Shown one piece after another: positions 1-8,410 of a DNA stretch of 46,506 nt (its first letter is position 1; every line of letters begins with the position of its first letter). The stretch lies in NCBI GenBank assembly GCA_964413865.1, contig CAYPUR010000001.1, positions 44,730 to 91,235 of the forward strand. Reading direction: 5' to 3'. The stretch comes from an uncultured Verrucomicrobiota bacterium. GTDB lineage: Bacteria > Verrucomicrobiota > Verrucomicrobiia > Limisphaerales > J093. Under the pieces are notes generated by a model. It was not told the origin of the DNA, ran no database searches, and worked only from the letters and a program-made list of their open reading frames with translations. Made by a program: the position numbers and the translations under genes.

Positions 1-18
1 TGACGCACCGCCGCACCG

Positions 19-54
19 ATCTCCGAACTCCCATCTCCGAACTCCCATCTCCGA
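19..54. repeat. Tandem 14-nt repeat ATCTCCGAACTCCC (2 full units plus a partial third)
   Basis: Read directly. Units at 19-32 and 33-46 are identical and 47-54 is partial. It sits just 3' of the minus-strand stop codon (57-59) of the beta-propeller gene. Confidence 0.7.
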
Positions 55-56
55 TC

Positions 57-1307
57 TCACCGCCCTTGAGGCTTCAGATCGTAGCAGAGGAGGATGTCCT
101 GATCGCGCACGTAGAGGCGGCCGTCGCAGACAACCGGGTGCGGCCAACTGTTTTGATTGCTGCGATCGGGCGGATCGAAGCGTCCTGTTTCCTGGAAACC
201 TTCGGGTGTGGCTTTGATCAGGACGATCGTTCCGGGTCCGGACTCGTACCGCAGGATCAGGTGGCCGTCGGCGCAGGTCAGCGAGCCTTTGCCCAGCTTG
301 CGTCTCTCAGCCCAGAGGGTCGTCCCGGTTTTGAATTCCTGGCAGATCCAGCCCTTGCCGTCCGAGTATCCGTAAAGATGGCCGCCCACCCGCAAAACTC
401 CGCCGTGGTGATTCACCATGTCTCTGTTCGCATAGACCTGTTGGGCGGAGAACGCCGCGCCGGTCTTCGTCACCTTGAACAGGTTGCACCCGACGCCGTA
501 GCCCGACGTCACGTAGACATGATCGTCATGCCAGATGGGCGTCGGCACCACCGCCGTCCGACCCGCGCGGGCAGCGCGCCACAGGACCTTGCCGTCAGCG
601 GGCGACACGCCAAAGACGTGGGCGTCGGTGATTTGAACGTACTGGGGCGTCCCCGCGAGTGTGGCCATGACGATCGAGGAATATGCGGCTTGATCGGTCA
701 TCTCCCTGGTTCGCCAGAGGAGCTTGCCCGATCCTTTGTCAAAAGCCGCCATGGTGCCTTGCGGCCCTCCGGGCGTCACGACCACCCGGCCTCCATCCAC
801 CAGGGGCGACTCCGAATAGCCCCAACCCGACATCATCTTGCCGCCGTGATCCTTCACCAGATCCACGTGCCAGACCAGTTTCCCACCCGCCTTCTCGAGA
901 CACGCAAGATTCCCCCCGGCGCTCAGCACGTAAACATGATCCCCGTCGACGGTCGGAGTGCAGCGCGGACCTTCGGGATACCCCATGCCCGTGTCGGCCT
1001 GAAGGGTTTTGGTGCTCCAGATCTCCTTGCCGTCTTTGGCGTCCAGCGCCCAGACCACCTCGTCGGCCTCCCGGTATCCCAGGCTGTACACGCGACCGCC
1101 TGAGACGGCAGGCCCGCTGTAGCCGCCGCCCCGTCCGGCCGATTTCCAGAGAAGCGGGGGCCCGCCCTCGGGCCAGGACTGGAGCAGGCCTGTCTCGGAC
1201 GACACATTATCGCGGTTTGGGCCGTGCCATTGCGGCCAGTCGGCAAGAGCAGAGACCAGCGCGATCAGACAGGTCGCCGGAACCAGGAGGCGCATCGACA
1301 TTTGCAT
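57..1307 (-). CDS. Secreted PQQ-like (BamB/YxaL-type) beta-propeller repeat protein
   Basis: ORF 57..1481(-). The internal ATG at 1305-1307 yields the signal-peptide-like N-terminus MQMSMRLLVPATCLIALVSALA. Recurrent blade motifs are present (GGRVY, DGDHVYV, DGKVLW, DGRLYVRD). The 174 nt upstream of this ATG look non-coding. Confidence 0.8.
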   Translation of the reverse strand: MQMSMRLLVPATCLIALVSALADWPQWHGPNRDNVSSETGLLQSWPEGGPPLLWKSAGRGGGYSGPAVSGGRVYSLGYREADEVVWALDAKDGKEIWSTKTLQADTGMGYPEGPRCTPTVDGDHVYVLSAGGNLACLEKAGGKLVWHVDLVKDHGGKMMSGWGYSESPLVDGGRVVVTPGGPQGTMAAFDKGSGKLLWRTREMTDQAAYSSIVMATLAGTPQYVQITDAHVFGVSPADGKVLWRAARAGRTAVVPTPIWHDDHVYVTSGYGVGCNLFKVTKTGAAFSAQQVYANRDMVNHHGGVLRVGGHLYGYSDGKGWICQEFKTGTTLWAERRKLGKGSLTCADGHLILRYESGPGTIVLIKATPEGFQETGRFDPPDRSNQNSWPHPVVCDGRLYVRDQDILLCYDLKPQGR

Positions 1308-1434
1308 GGGCGGCAGGCTTTCAATTTCGGACGCGGGTGTCGAGCGGCAACTGCTCGGTTTTATGGTAATCGTGTTCACGGTAATCGTTGACGGGGCACC
1401 GGGGCAGTCCGCACTATAGCGCCTGAATTTAAAC

Positions 1435-1680
1435 ATGACCAAGCAACGGAAAGTCCTGGTGATCATGTCGAACCGGCTCAACCGGTCCCAGAAGTCGCGC
1501 TTCCTTGAACTCGAGTGCGATCAGAAGGGCAACATTATCAAGGAAACACCGCTCCGCGCTGAGCCGCGGAAGGCCGTATACGACGAGGTGTGGGAAAACG
1601 ACGAGGGCCGGACCAGCCTCTCCTCCTGCTACCGGATCAAGCGCCACTACCGGCACCCGCTGGCGAAGACGACACAGTGA
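1435..1680 (+). CDS. Small basic hypothetical protein (81 aa)
   Basis: ATG-initiated ORF divergent from the propeller gene. Third codon positions are GC-rich as in neighbouring real genes. No family recognised. Confidence 0.4.
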   Translation: MTKQRKVLVIMSNRLNRSQKSRFLELECDQKGNIIKETPLRAEPRKAVYDEVWENDEGRTSLSSCYRIKRHYRHPLAKTTQ

Positions 1681-1719
1681 TCTCGAAGAACGGGTGTGAC
1701 ACACGCGGGCCGCCTGGCC

Positions 1720-2427
1720 ATGAAGACACACCCGCATGATCCGAGCCGCGCGCTGACCTGGATGGTCGTTGCGGCTTTTGCCATCGGCATGGCCTGGGTC
1801 GAGGCCGCCTGCGTCTTCTACATCCGCACACTGGTTGACCGGATTGAACCGTACCAGGCGCTTCCACTGCCCGATTCCGCCGCGCTGGGGAGCGCGGAAC
1901 TGGTGCGCGAGTTGGCGACACTCCTGATGCTGGGAACCACCGGCTGGCTCGCTGGAACCACTTGGCGCAGTCGGCTGGCCTTTGGCACCATCGCGTTCGG
2001 ATTCTGGGACATCTTCTATTATGTGTTCCTGCGCGTCATGACGCCCTGGCCGCGGTCGATTCTGGACTGGGACATCCTGTTCCTGTTGCCCTTGCCATGG
2101 TGGGGGCCCGTTTTGGCGCCGGTTTCGATCGCTTTGCTCATGATCGCGGGCGGCACTCTGGTGGTCAGTCGCGATGCCCCCGGCCGCCCCTGCTGGCCAT
2201 CGCGGCTGACGCTCTCCATCTGCTTGATCGGCATCGGGCTCGCGCTTTACGTGTTCATGGCCGATTCCATCCGTGTCGCGGGTCAAGGCATCGATGCCCT
2301 CCGCGGCCTGCTGCCCGGTTCATTCAACTGGCCGTTGTTCCTGGTGGCATGGATCCTGATGGCAACACCCGTTGTGGAACTCGCAGTGCGACGGCCCGCC
2401 GCCCGAGAACAGGCTTGTCAGCTTTGA
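1720..2427 (+). CDS. Polytopic inner-membrane protein of unknown function
   Basis: ORF 1696..2427 has a GTG at 1696 and the first ATG at 1720. Several hydrophobic helices are visible (VVAAFAIGMAWVEAACVFYI, LAFGTIAFGFWDIFYYVFL, LLPLPWWGPVLAPVSIALLMIAGG, LSICLIGIGLALYVF, PLFLVAWILMATPVV). Confidence 0.6.
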   Translation: MKTHPHDPSRALTWMVVAAFAIGMAWVEAACVFYIRTLVDRIEPYQALPLPDSAALGSAELVRELATLLMLGTTGWLAGTTWRSRLAFGTIAFGFWDIFYYVFLRVMTPWPRSILDWDILFLLPLPWWGPVLAPVSIALLMIAGGTLVVSRDAPGRPCWPSRLTLSICLIGIGLALYVFMADSIRVAGQGIDALRGLLPGSFNWPLFLVAWILMATPVVELAVRRPAAREQACQL

Positions 2428-2465
2428 ACAAACGCTGATACACACACGTTGTCCAGGGTTCGACC

Positions 2466-3340
2466 TTGAGCATCAACCATCAACGCGACGCGCAGGCGCG
2501 TGCCGACCGAATCGCCGCGTTCCGGGCAGAGCTTGCCGAGTTGGAACGTGAGGAGGGCCTGCGTTTGACCTCCGAACAGCGCGCAACGCTCGAGGCTCAC
2601 CACACCCGCCTGCTGACAGCCCTCAACCGTCAATACGCGGTCGATATCGATGATTCGGCCAAGCGCATCTCGATGGGGATGCGGATCGTCTCCCTGCTGG
2701 GCGCGGTGGCTTTCTTTGCCGGATTTGTCCTGTTCCTGCATCGGATCTGGGGGTCGCTGCCGTGGTCGGCGCAGGTCGGCGTGCTCGCGGTGGCGCCGCT
2801 GGCTCTGGTGGCAGCGACGGCCTGGTCTCTCGGACGAGCAGTGTCGGACTATTATACCGCCCTGCTGGCTGTGGGTTGGAGCGGCGTTGCTTGTGCTCGC
2901 CGCGAATCTGGGCGCTGTGGTTTCCAGCATCCGCAATCGCAGCGAGGATCGTGGGGGCACAATCGAGCTCACGGAGCGCGAACTGCGTTTGCCGGAGTTC
3001 ATGGGGGAGAGCACGGTCATGCTGCTCCGCCTGCAGTGGGCAGCCCAGGGCAGCGAATCTTGGGATCGAGGTGCGCCGCCTTGGCTTACGGCGGCCAAGC
3101 TCGAGGAGTTGGGATTTGACTGCCGCGAGCCCGCGACCGCTCCTCGTGCGCGGGACTATTACAGCTCGATGGCGCCGCGGACCGTGTACCTCGTTCTCGA
3201 ATTCGAGGGGCAGGCCTGGCAGGAGGCAAGCGATTCGGAGTGTTCGGTTGTTGCCCGGAGAGTAACTGCGGATGCCCGGGGATGTGCATCCGCATACGAT
3301 CTCGCCGCACTGACGCACTGGCGCACTGACGCACATGCAT
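2466..3340 (+). pseudogene. Decayed or frame-shifted membrane-protein region with a DUF4824-like C-terminal part
   Basis: Frame 0 (from TTG 2466) encodes a coiled N-terminus plus transmembrane helices up to about 2880 and then becomes nonsense. Frame 1 from about 2870-2890 continues with a TM helix (AALLVLAANLGAVVSSI) and the motifs RNRSEDRGGTIELTERELRLPEF, WLTAAKLEELGF and VYLVLEFEGQAWQEA. That frame has no stop until 4512 and runs antisense through two well-supported genes. Confidence 0.35.
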
Positions 3341-4053
3341 CAGTCCGCACCGAGCTCGCGCAGGCGCGTCTCGAGGAGTTGCCGCAGATCCTCGCGTTCA
3401 GCGGGGGACGCCTCGCGCGGAACGCTGATCAACTCGCCGAGACAGACGCAGCAACTCGAGAACGGAAGCGGGATTTGGAAGCGATCCCAGCTCCTGGCCT
3501 GCCATTTCCAGCCCAAACGATAACTGACGGGCACGATCGACAGCCCAGTGACCTGGGCCAAGGCGACGACGCCTTCCTGCGCCACGCAACGTGGCCCGCG
3601 CGGGCCGTCGGGGGTGACGGCGAGATCGTATCCTTGCTCGGCCCAGGTCACCATTTCGAGCAGGGCCTGGTGACCGCGGCGGCTTGTCGAGCCGCGGACC
3701 GGTTGAACGCCGAACAATTCGAGGATACGGGCAAGCAAACCGCCGTCCCTGCTGGCGCTCACCATGGCAGCCAGGCGTTGACCGGGGCGCGCGGGGATGA
3801 AGAAGCGCCGATTCAGGCAGAGCGACAAGGCCAGGCGGTTGTGCCAGATCGCGAAGAGCATGGGGCCCGACGTGATGGTGCGCATCGCATTCGAGGGATC
3901 CGACATGCTGTAGCGCAGCGTTGCGTCCACGGTGCAAATCAGCCTGTAAATCGCCGCCGCACCCAGCCGTCCCCGCCAGCCGGGCTGTTGCGGAACAACG
4001 CGTGCCGAGCTGCGGGGGCGTCGCGTTCGAGGTTTGACCGGCTCTGCGGGCAT
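3340..4053 (-). CDS. DUF374-type lysophospholipid-acyltransferase-family protein
   Basis: Motifs FAIWHNRL, SASRDGGLLARILELFGVQPVRGSTSRRG and LAVTPDGPRGP. The GTG-ATG start pair lies at 4056/4053, and the ATG shares one base with the ruvA stop (GTGATG). Confidence 0.75.
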   Translation of the reverse strand: MPAEPVKPRTRRPRSSARVVPQQPGWRGRLGAAAIYRLICTVDATLRYSMSDPSNAMRTITSGPMLFAIWHNRLALSLCLNRRFFIPARPGQRLAAMVSASRDGGLLARILELFGVQPVRGSTSRRGHQALLEMVTWAEQGYDLAVTPDGPRGPRCVAQEGVVALAQVTGLSIVPVSYRLGWKWQARSWDRFQIPLPFSSCCVCLGELISVPREASPAEREDLRQLLETRLRELGAD

Positions 4054-4658
4054 CACTTGCCTTGTTTGAGAGCGACCCGGACCAACTCCTCGATGGTGGC
4101 TTGCGGGCCGAGCAAGGCCTGGGCGGCGCGCACGGCCTCGTGGGCCTGGGGCGGTTTGACATCCAGGGCGATCAACGCCAAAACGGCGTCGTTGGCGCGC
4201 TGGTCCTCGGCGCTCAAGCCCCGCTGGGTGCTGCTGGCTTCCCAGGCGCCCACCGGGCCGACCTTGTCGCGCAGTTCAACGACGATGCGTTCGGCGGTCT
4301 TCTTGCCGACGCCCGTGATGCGCGAGAGGGCCTTGACGTCACTGGTGGCGACCGCCCCCCGAAACACCGTCGGTGTCATGCCGCTCAGGACACTGAGGGC
4401 GATCTTGGGGCCGATCCCGCTCACCGTGTTGATCAGGAGCCGAAACAGGTCGCGCTCCGCCGCTGTCAGAAAGCCGTATAGGACGTGCGCGTCCTCTCGC
4501 ACGGCGAGGTGAGTCAACAACCGAACCTCGCTGCCCACCTTGGGCAGGCGATCGTAGGAAGAAAGCGGGATGAGAGCCTCGTACCCGATGCCGTGGACGT
4601 CCACGGTGACTTGTGTCGGGAGGCTCTCGGTGAGAATGCCATGGAGAAATGCGATCAT
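4053..4658 (-). CDS. ruvA: Holliday junction branch migration complex subunit RuvA
   Basis: 201 aa starting MIAFLHGIL...VDVHGIGYE. HhH motifs are present (VSGIGPKIAL, ITGVGKKTAERI) plus a C-terminal domain III. The ATG at 4656-4658 was verified. The ORF-track extension to 5051 lies antisense to or overlapping ruvC and is rejected. Confidence 0.93.
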   Translation of the reverse strand: MIAFLHGILTESLPTQVTVDVHGIGYEALIPLSSYDRLPKVGSEVRLLTHLAVREDAHVLYGFLTAAERDLFRLLINTVSGIGPKIALSVLSGMTPTVFRGAVATSDVKALSRITGVGKKTAERIVVELRDKVGPVGAWEASSTQRGLSAEDQRANDAVLALIALDVKPPQAHEAVRAAQALLGPQATIEELVRVALKQGK

Positions 4659-5233
4659 ACGCGTCGCAGTGGATTCAGAGAAAACCGCCCATGCTCCTGC
4701 GCCAGCGTCAGGGCCAGGGCCAGGGCATCGGCCGCATCGGGTGCCGGCAGTTCGGTCAGATGGAGCAGGCGCTGCACCATCTTGGCGACGGCCGGCTTGC
4801 CCGCGGCGCCGTAACCGACAATCGCCTGCTTCACCTTGCGCGGCGCAATCTCGTAAATCTCGAGCCCGCCCTCGGCTGCGGCCAGAAGGCTCGCCCCGCG
4901 CGCCTCGCCCATGAGCAGCGCGGTCTGGAGGTTCTGGGCGAAGAACAAGCCCTCGATCGCACACGCGCCAGGCTGATGCCGGGCGATCACCTCGCGCAAG
5001 ACCAGGGCAATCCGCGCCAGACAACGCGAGCGCTGCCACGCCGCGGGGCATCGGATCACTCCCAGCGCAAGCGCTTCCGGTCCCGGACGCGCCGTGCGAA
5101 TCACTCCGTACCCGGTCCCCCGCAGAGAAGGATCGATCCCCAGGATGACCCGGGGCGGATTCGGGCGAGTGGAGGGCGTCGGCGCGGGCGTCTGCTCAGC
5201 CCCTCGATGGCCGGTCGCCAACCGATCCTGCAT
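4655..5233 (-). CDS. ruvC: Crossover junction endodeoxyribonuclease RuvC
   Basis: Motifs ILGIDPSLRGTGYGVI, AIEGLFF, KQAIVGYGAAGK and DAADALALAL. There is a 4-nt overlap with ruvA. The start is uncertain: ATG at 5233 or 5320, or an unlisted alternative start closer to ILGIDPS. Confidence 0.88.
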   Translation of the reverse strand: MQDRLATGHRGAEQTPAPTPSTRPNPPRVILGIDPSLRGTGYGVIRTARPGPEALALGVIRCPAAWQRSRCLARIALVLREVIARHQPGACAIEGLFFAQNLQTALLMGEARGASLLAAAEGGLEIYEIAPRKVKQAIVGYGAAGKPAVAKMVQRLLHLTELPAPDAADALALALTLAQEHGRFSLNPLRRV

Positions 5234-5403
5234 CTGTTCGAATTGCCGTTTGCTGACGCCCACGGCGAGAGCCTGCCAGAATGGCGGGGTTGCTGTCGAG
5301 GTCCGGCGGCGGCAATCCATGCGGCCTTTCGGGTAACACTTGCTTTTCGCGCGGGGCGCGATGTCTCCTTGCAGCCGGCTTCACACCCTGAAGGCCGTGG
5401 AAG

Positions 5404-5704
5404 CCGCGCGTTTTTGCCCGATTCGACCTGGTGAATGAGACACTCCAGGCTCGCCTTGCCTGTCTTGCTCTGCGTTCTTCGAACGCGCATGAAAGCTCGC
5501 CGGGCTGCCTCGATACACGCGCGAAGCGGTTGGATCGCCGCGCGCGGTGTTTACCGCGATGGCGGGGCTTCTCTTGCAGGGGACAGTCCGCGGCAGTGCT
5601 CCCTCTCTGGGTTGGCGATCGGTTTTGTTTTTCGCCCGCATAGCAGTCCTCTCGCGAATTCTAACCGCCCCGTGCACCGTCGGGGTGTGAAATATGCGGG
5701 CTAG
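5404..5704 (+). repeat. Copy A of the modular intergenic repeat family (body plus 'head' hairpin)
   Basis: Head arms GCCCGCATA (5634-5642) and TATGCGGGC (5693-5701) are separated by 50 nt. It ends ...GTGTGAAATATGCGGGCTAG, whose CTA (5701-5703) is the stop codon of the convergent OPT gene. It is homologous, in inverted orientation, to 30884-31075 and 46389-46506. Confidence 0.75.
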
Positions 5705-7611
5705 TTGTGGATTTGCTCGATGAGTTTCCGCGCGATTTCGGGCCCGTTCTCCCAAAGGATGAGAATCACGCCCATCAACGATCCGCCCGCGATAATGCCC
5801 GAGGCCACCGGGAACGTGAATTCCCGGGCCTGCTTGGGCGAGCGACGCTGGAACCACCAGCCGAGGACTGCGCCTGAAAAGAAAAGCAGTCCGTAGTACC
5901 AGTGGAACACCCACGCAAGACCGACCCCGGCGGCCGAGGGCATGTATTTTGCCTTTCGCGGACACCAGATCGGCAACACCGAGAACACGATGCCGAGCGC
6001 GCCGCCGGCGACGATGGACCAGAGCTTGATCGGTTCCATGGCTTTCAACCCGCCCGTCATGGCTTTCGCCACGGCGGCCCAGGTCATGGCGGAGGGGGCG
6101 GGAAACTGGTTGGATCCCAGGATCTCCGCGTTGGGCACCATGGCGGTGAAAGCGAACACGGTCACCACGGTGCCGATGAAGATGCCGGAAAACTGCGCCA
6201 GGAACTGGCGCCGCGGATGCGCGCCCAGGAGGTAGCCGCTCTTCAGGTCCGTGAGCAGATCCGCTGAAGAACTAGCGGCGCCGGCGGTGATGTTCGCCGC
6301 CATCAGGTTGACGTTCGGACTGCTGGGATTGATCACGCCGAACGTGAGCTGCGTCACCTTGCCCATGGCGCCGATCGGTGTCGTGTCGGTCTCGCCCGTG
6401 ACCCGGCACGCCACCAGGGCCAGCAGGAACGAGAGGACGACCGCGAGCGTGCTCTCCCAGTACGGCATGCCGAAGGAGGCCTGGGCCAGCCAGGCCAGGG
6501 CAACCAGCGCCGCCACCTGGCCCACCAGGAACCAGGCGCTGGGCACCTCGATGGCGTCCATTTCATCCGTCCCCTTCGCACCCCGACGGAACATGGCGCC
6601 CAGCCCGCGGAAGGCGCGCAAGGCACTCTTCCATTGGAGACCGAATGAGAGGATGCCGGAACTCACCATGCACGCCGTCCCCCCCCAGAGCGTCCATTGC
6701 ACGAGGTCCCTGAAACCCGTGGCGTCTGTGACGCCATGACTCTGGAGCAGGGGGACAAACACCATCCAGCAAAGCGTGCCGCTGATGAACATGCTCGCGC
6801 ACACCCGCATGCCCGTGATCGCCCCTGCCGCGATGAAGATCGGGTCCCAACTGAACATGACCGTCCGACCGATCCAGGCCTTGCCCCAGATGGCTTCATT
6901 GAGCGTGCCGACAAACTCGCCGAGCTGGAACCGCTCCCACGCGTGGCTGATCAGCCGCAGCCCATCCACCCAGAACTGACTCGCCATGGCCAGCCCGCCG
7001 GCGATCCCCAGGGCCTTGGCCGCGCGCATGCCGCCATCGCCCTTGGAATGGAGCGCATTGAGCGTCTCGGCCGCCGCAATGCCGCTGGGGAAACGCAGTT
7101 GCTCGATGTTGATCATCTGGCGCTTCATGGGCACTGCCATCGTCACGCCCAACACCGCGAGGAAGAACACCCACGCCAGCGTCAGCCCAAGGCCCAGCGG
7201 CTGGCCATTGATGATGATATAGGCGGCGAAGGCGGAGATCAGCGTGCCACCCGTCGAGTAGCCCGCCGCGCTGGCAGTGGACTGCATGCAGTTGTTCTCC
7301 AGAATCGTCATCTGGCTGCCCACCACGCGCAGCTTGTACAGGGTGGTCCAGATGGCGTAGGAGAGGATGCAGGCGGTGATGGCCACGCCAAAACCCCAGC
7401 CGGCCTTCAGCCCGATGTAGATGTTGGTCAGGGAGAGCACGCCCCCCAGCACCGATCCCATCAGCACGGCCCGCGGCGTGAGCTGCTTCATGGTGTCGCC
7501 GCGCCCCCGGTACACCTGCTCGAACCACTGGCGCTCGATCTCCTCAGGGGTCCCCTGGAAACCCTCGGTTGGCAAGTGAAACTCCGGAGCATGGACAGGC
7601 GGGGCCGGCAT
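5701..7611 (-). CDS. OPT-family oligopeptide transporter
   Basis: 636 aa from the ATG at 7609-7611 (MPAPPVHAPEF...). It has many TM helices and N-terminal OPT-like motifs (EEIERQWFEQVYRG, LTPRAVLMGSVLGGVLSLTNIYIGLKAGWGFG). Confidence 0.88.
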   Translation of the reverse strand: MPAPPVHAPEFHLPTEGFQGTPEEIERQWFEQVYRGRGDTMKQLTPRAVLMGSVLGGVLSLTNIYIGLKAGWGFGVAITACILSYAIWTTLYKLRVVGSQMTILENNCMQSTASAAGYSTGGTLISAFAAYIIINGQPLGLGLTLAWVFFLAVLGVTMAVPMKRQMINIEQLRFPSGIAAAETLNALHSKGDGGMRAAKALGIAGGLAMASQFWVDGLRLISHAWERFQLGEFVGTLNEAIWGKAWIGRTVMFSWDPIFIAAGAITGMRVCASMFISGTLCWMVFVPLLQSHGVTDATGFRDLVQWTLWGGTACMVSSGILSFGLQWKSALRAFRGLGAMFRRGAKGTDEMDAIEVPSAWFLVGQVAALVALAWLAQASFGMPYWESTLAVVLSFLLALVACRVTGETDTTPIGAMGKVTQLTFGVINPSSPNVNLMAANITAGAASSSADLLTDLKSGYLLGAHPRRQFLAQFSGIFIGTVVTVFAFTAMVPNAEILGSNQFPAPSAMTWAAVAKAMTGGLKAMEPIKLWSIVAGGALGIVFSVLPIWCPRKAKYMPSAAGVGLAWVFHWYYGLLFFSGAVLGWWFQRRSPKQAREFTFPVASGIIAGGSLMGVILILWENGPEIARKLIEQIHN

Positions 7612-7919
7612 GGAGGCGGCGGTGGAATGACCGTCGTTGCTTCGACTCACGGGCGCGAGTATTTCGGAAACCGCGCGGCCTGCGCGAGCCAATTCTCGCG
7701 CGCTCCGGCGCGGAGTCTGCCCGGCACCGCGCAAGCCCCAGGAACCGGGCACTTCTCAGGTTCGGACTGGAACGAACGGCTGACCCCCCAGACTCTTCGC
7801 CTCGGCGGCGGTGTCGAATACCTGCCCGGCCCCTCCGAGCGGGAGTTGGCCGTGGACGCCGCGCTGCCGACCGGCCTCGACTTCCACAGGGATTCGCGCC
7901 ATTCTCGCGCCAATCGACA

Positions 7920-8321
7920 ATGAAGGGCCGTCCGAAAGTGGGAGCCGTGGGCGAACAGAAGTTCGTCGTGGAGGCAAAACACGCCATCGATTTCGCCGAC
8001 GGCGGCATGCCGCCCGTGCTGTGCACGCCTTGGCTGATTTGGTTCCTGGAACACGCCGCGCGCGCGGCCGTCCTCCCCTGTCTCGAGACCGGCGAGAGCA
8101 CCGTCGGTCTCGAGATCGAGGTGCGTCATGTCGCGCCTACCCCCCTGGGACACACCGTCACCTGTGCGGCCCGCGTGATCCATGTGGATGGGGCGCGCAT
8201 CACCTTCCAGGTCGAGGCTCATGATCAGACGGAGCTCATCGCCCGGGGCGTGCACCGGCTCCAGGTGATCCGCGTGGCCGGCTTCGCCAAGCGGGTCCAG
8301 CAAAAGGCCGTTTCCCGGTGA
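7920..8321 (+). CDS. Hotdog-fold thioesterase family protein
   Basis: 133 aa from ATG 7920 (MKGRPKVGAVGEQKFVV...). The motif TVGLEIEVRHVAPTPLGHTVTCAARV and overall size fit the small predicted-thioesterase (COG5496-like) family. Confidence 0.7.
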   Translation: MKGRPKVGAVGEQKFVVEAKHAIDFADGGMPPVLCTPWLIWFLEHAARAAVLPCLETGESTVGLEIEVRHVAPTPLGHTVTCAARVIHVDGARITFQVEAHDQTELIARGVHRLQVIRVAGFAKRVQQKAVSR

Positions 8322-8410
8322 TGCGACCGCAATCAACTCTGCACTCTCAACTCCCCCTTCCGCATGACTTCCTTCCATTCGTTGTTTCCCGAACTCGCCA
8401 TGCGCGACTC

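Noticed and set aside
1188-1210. A partial match of the mini-array spacer (TGTCTCGGATGAGACAATCTC) to TGTCTCGGACGACACATTATC inside the beta-propeller gene (17/21). There is also a 9-mer match (ATCTCCGAT) to the tandem repeat at 47-55.
   Set aside because: I found it by eye, not by systematic search. A 9-mer seed is expected several times by chance in about 93 kb of two-strand sequence, and the extension is weak. It is not enough to claim self-targeting and needs a proper alignment search.
66-1369. Long plus-strand ORFs (66..1103, 683..1369) opposite the beta-propeller gene.
   Set aside because: They are antisense shadow ORFs, typical of high-GC DNA. The translations are Arg/Pro/Ala-rich low-complexity sequence with no motifs, whereas the minus-strand product has clear propeller repeats and a signal peptide.
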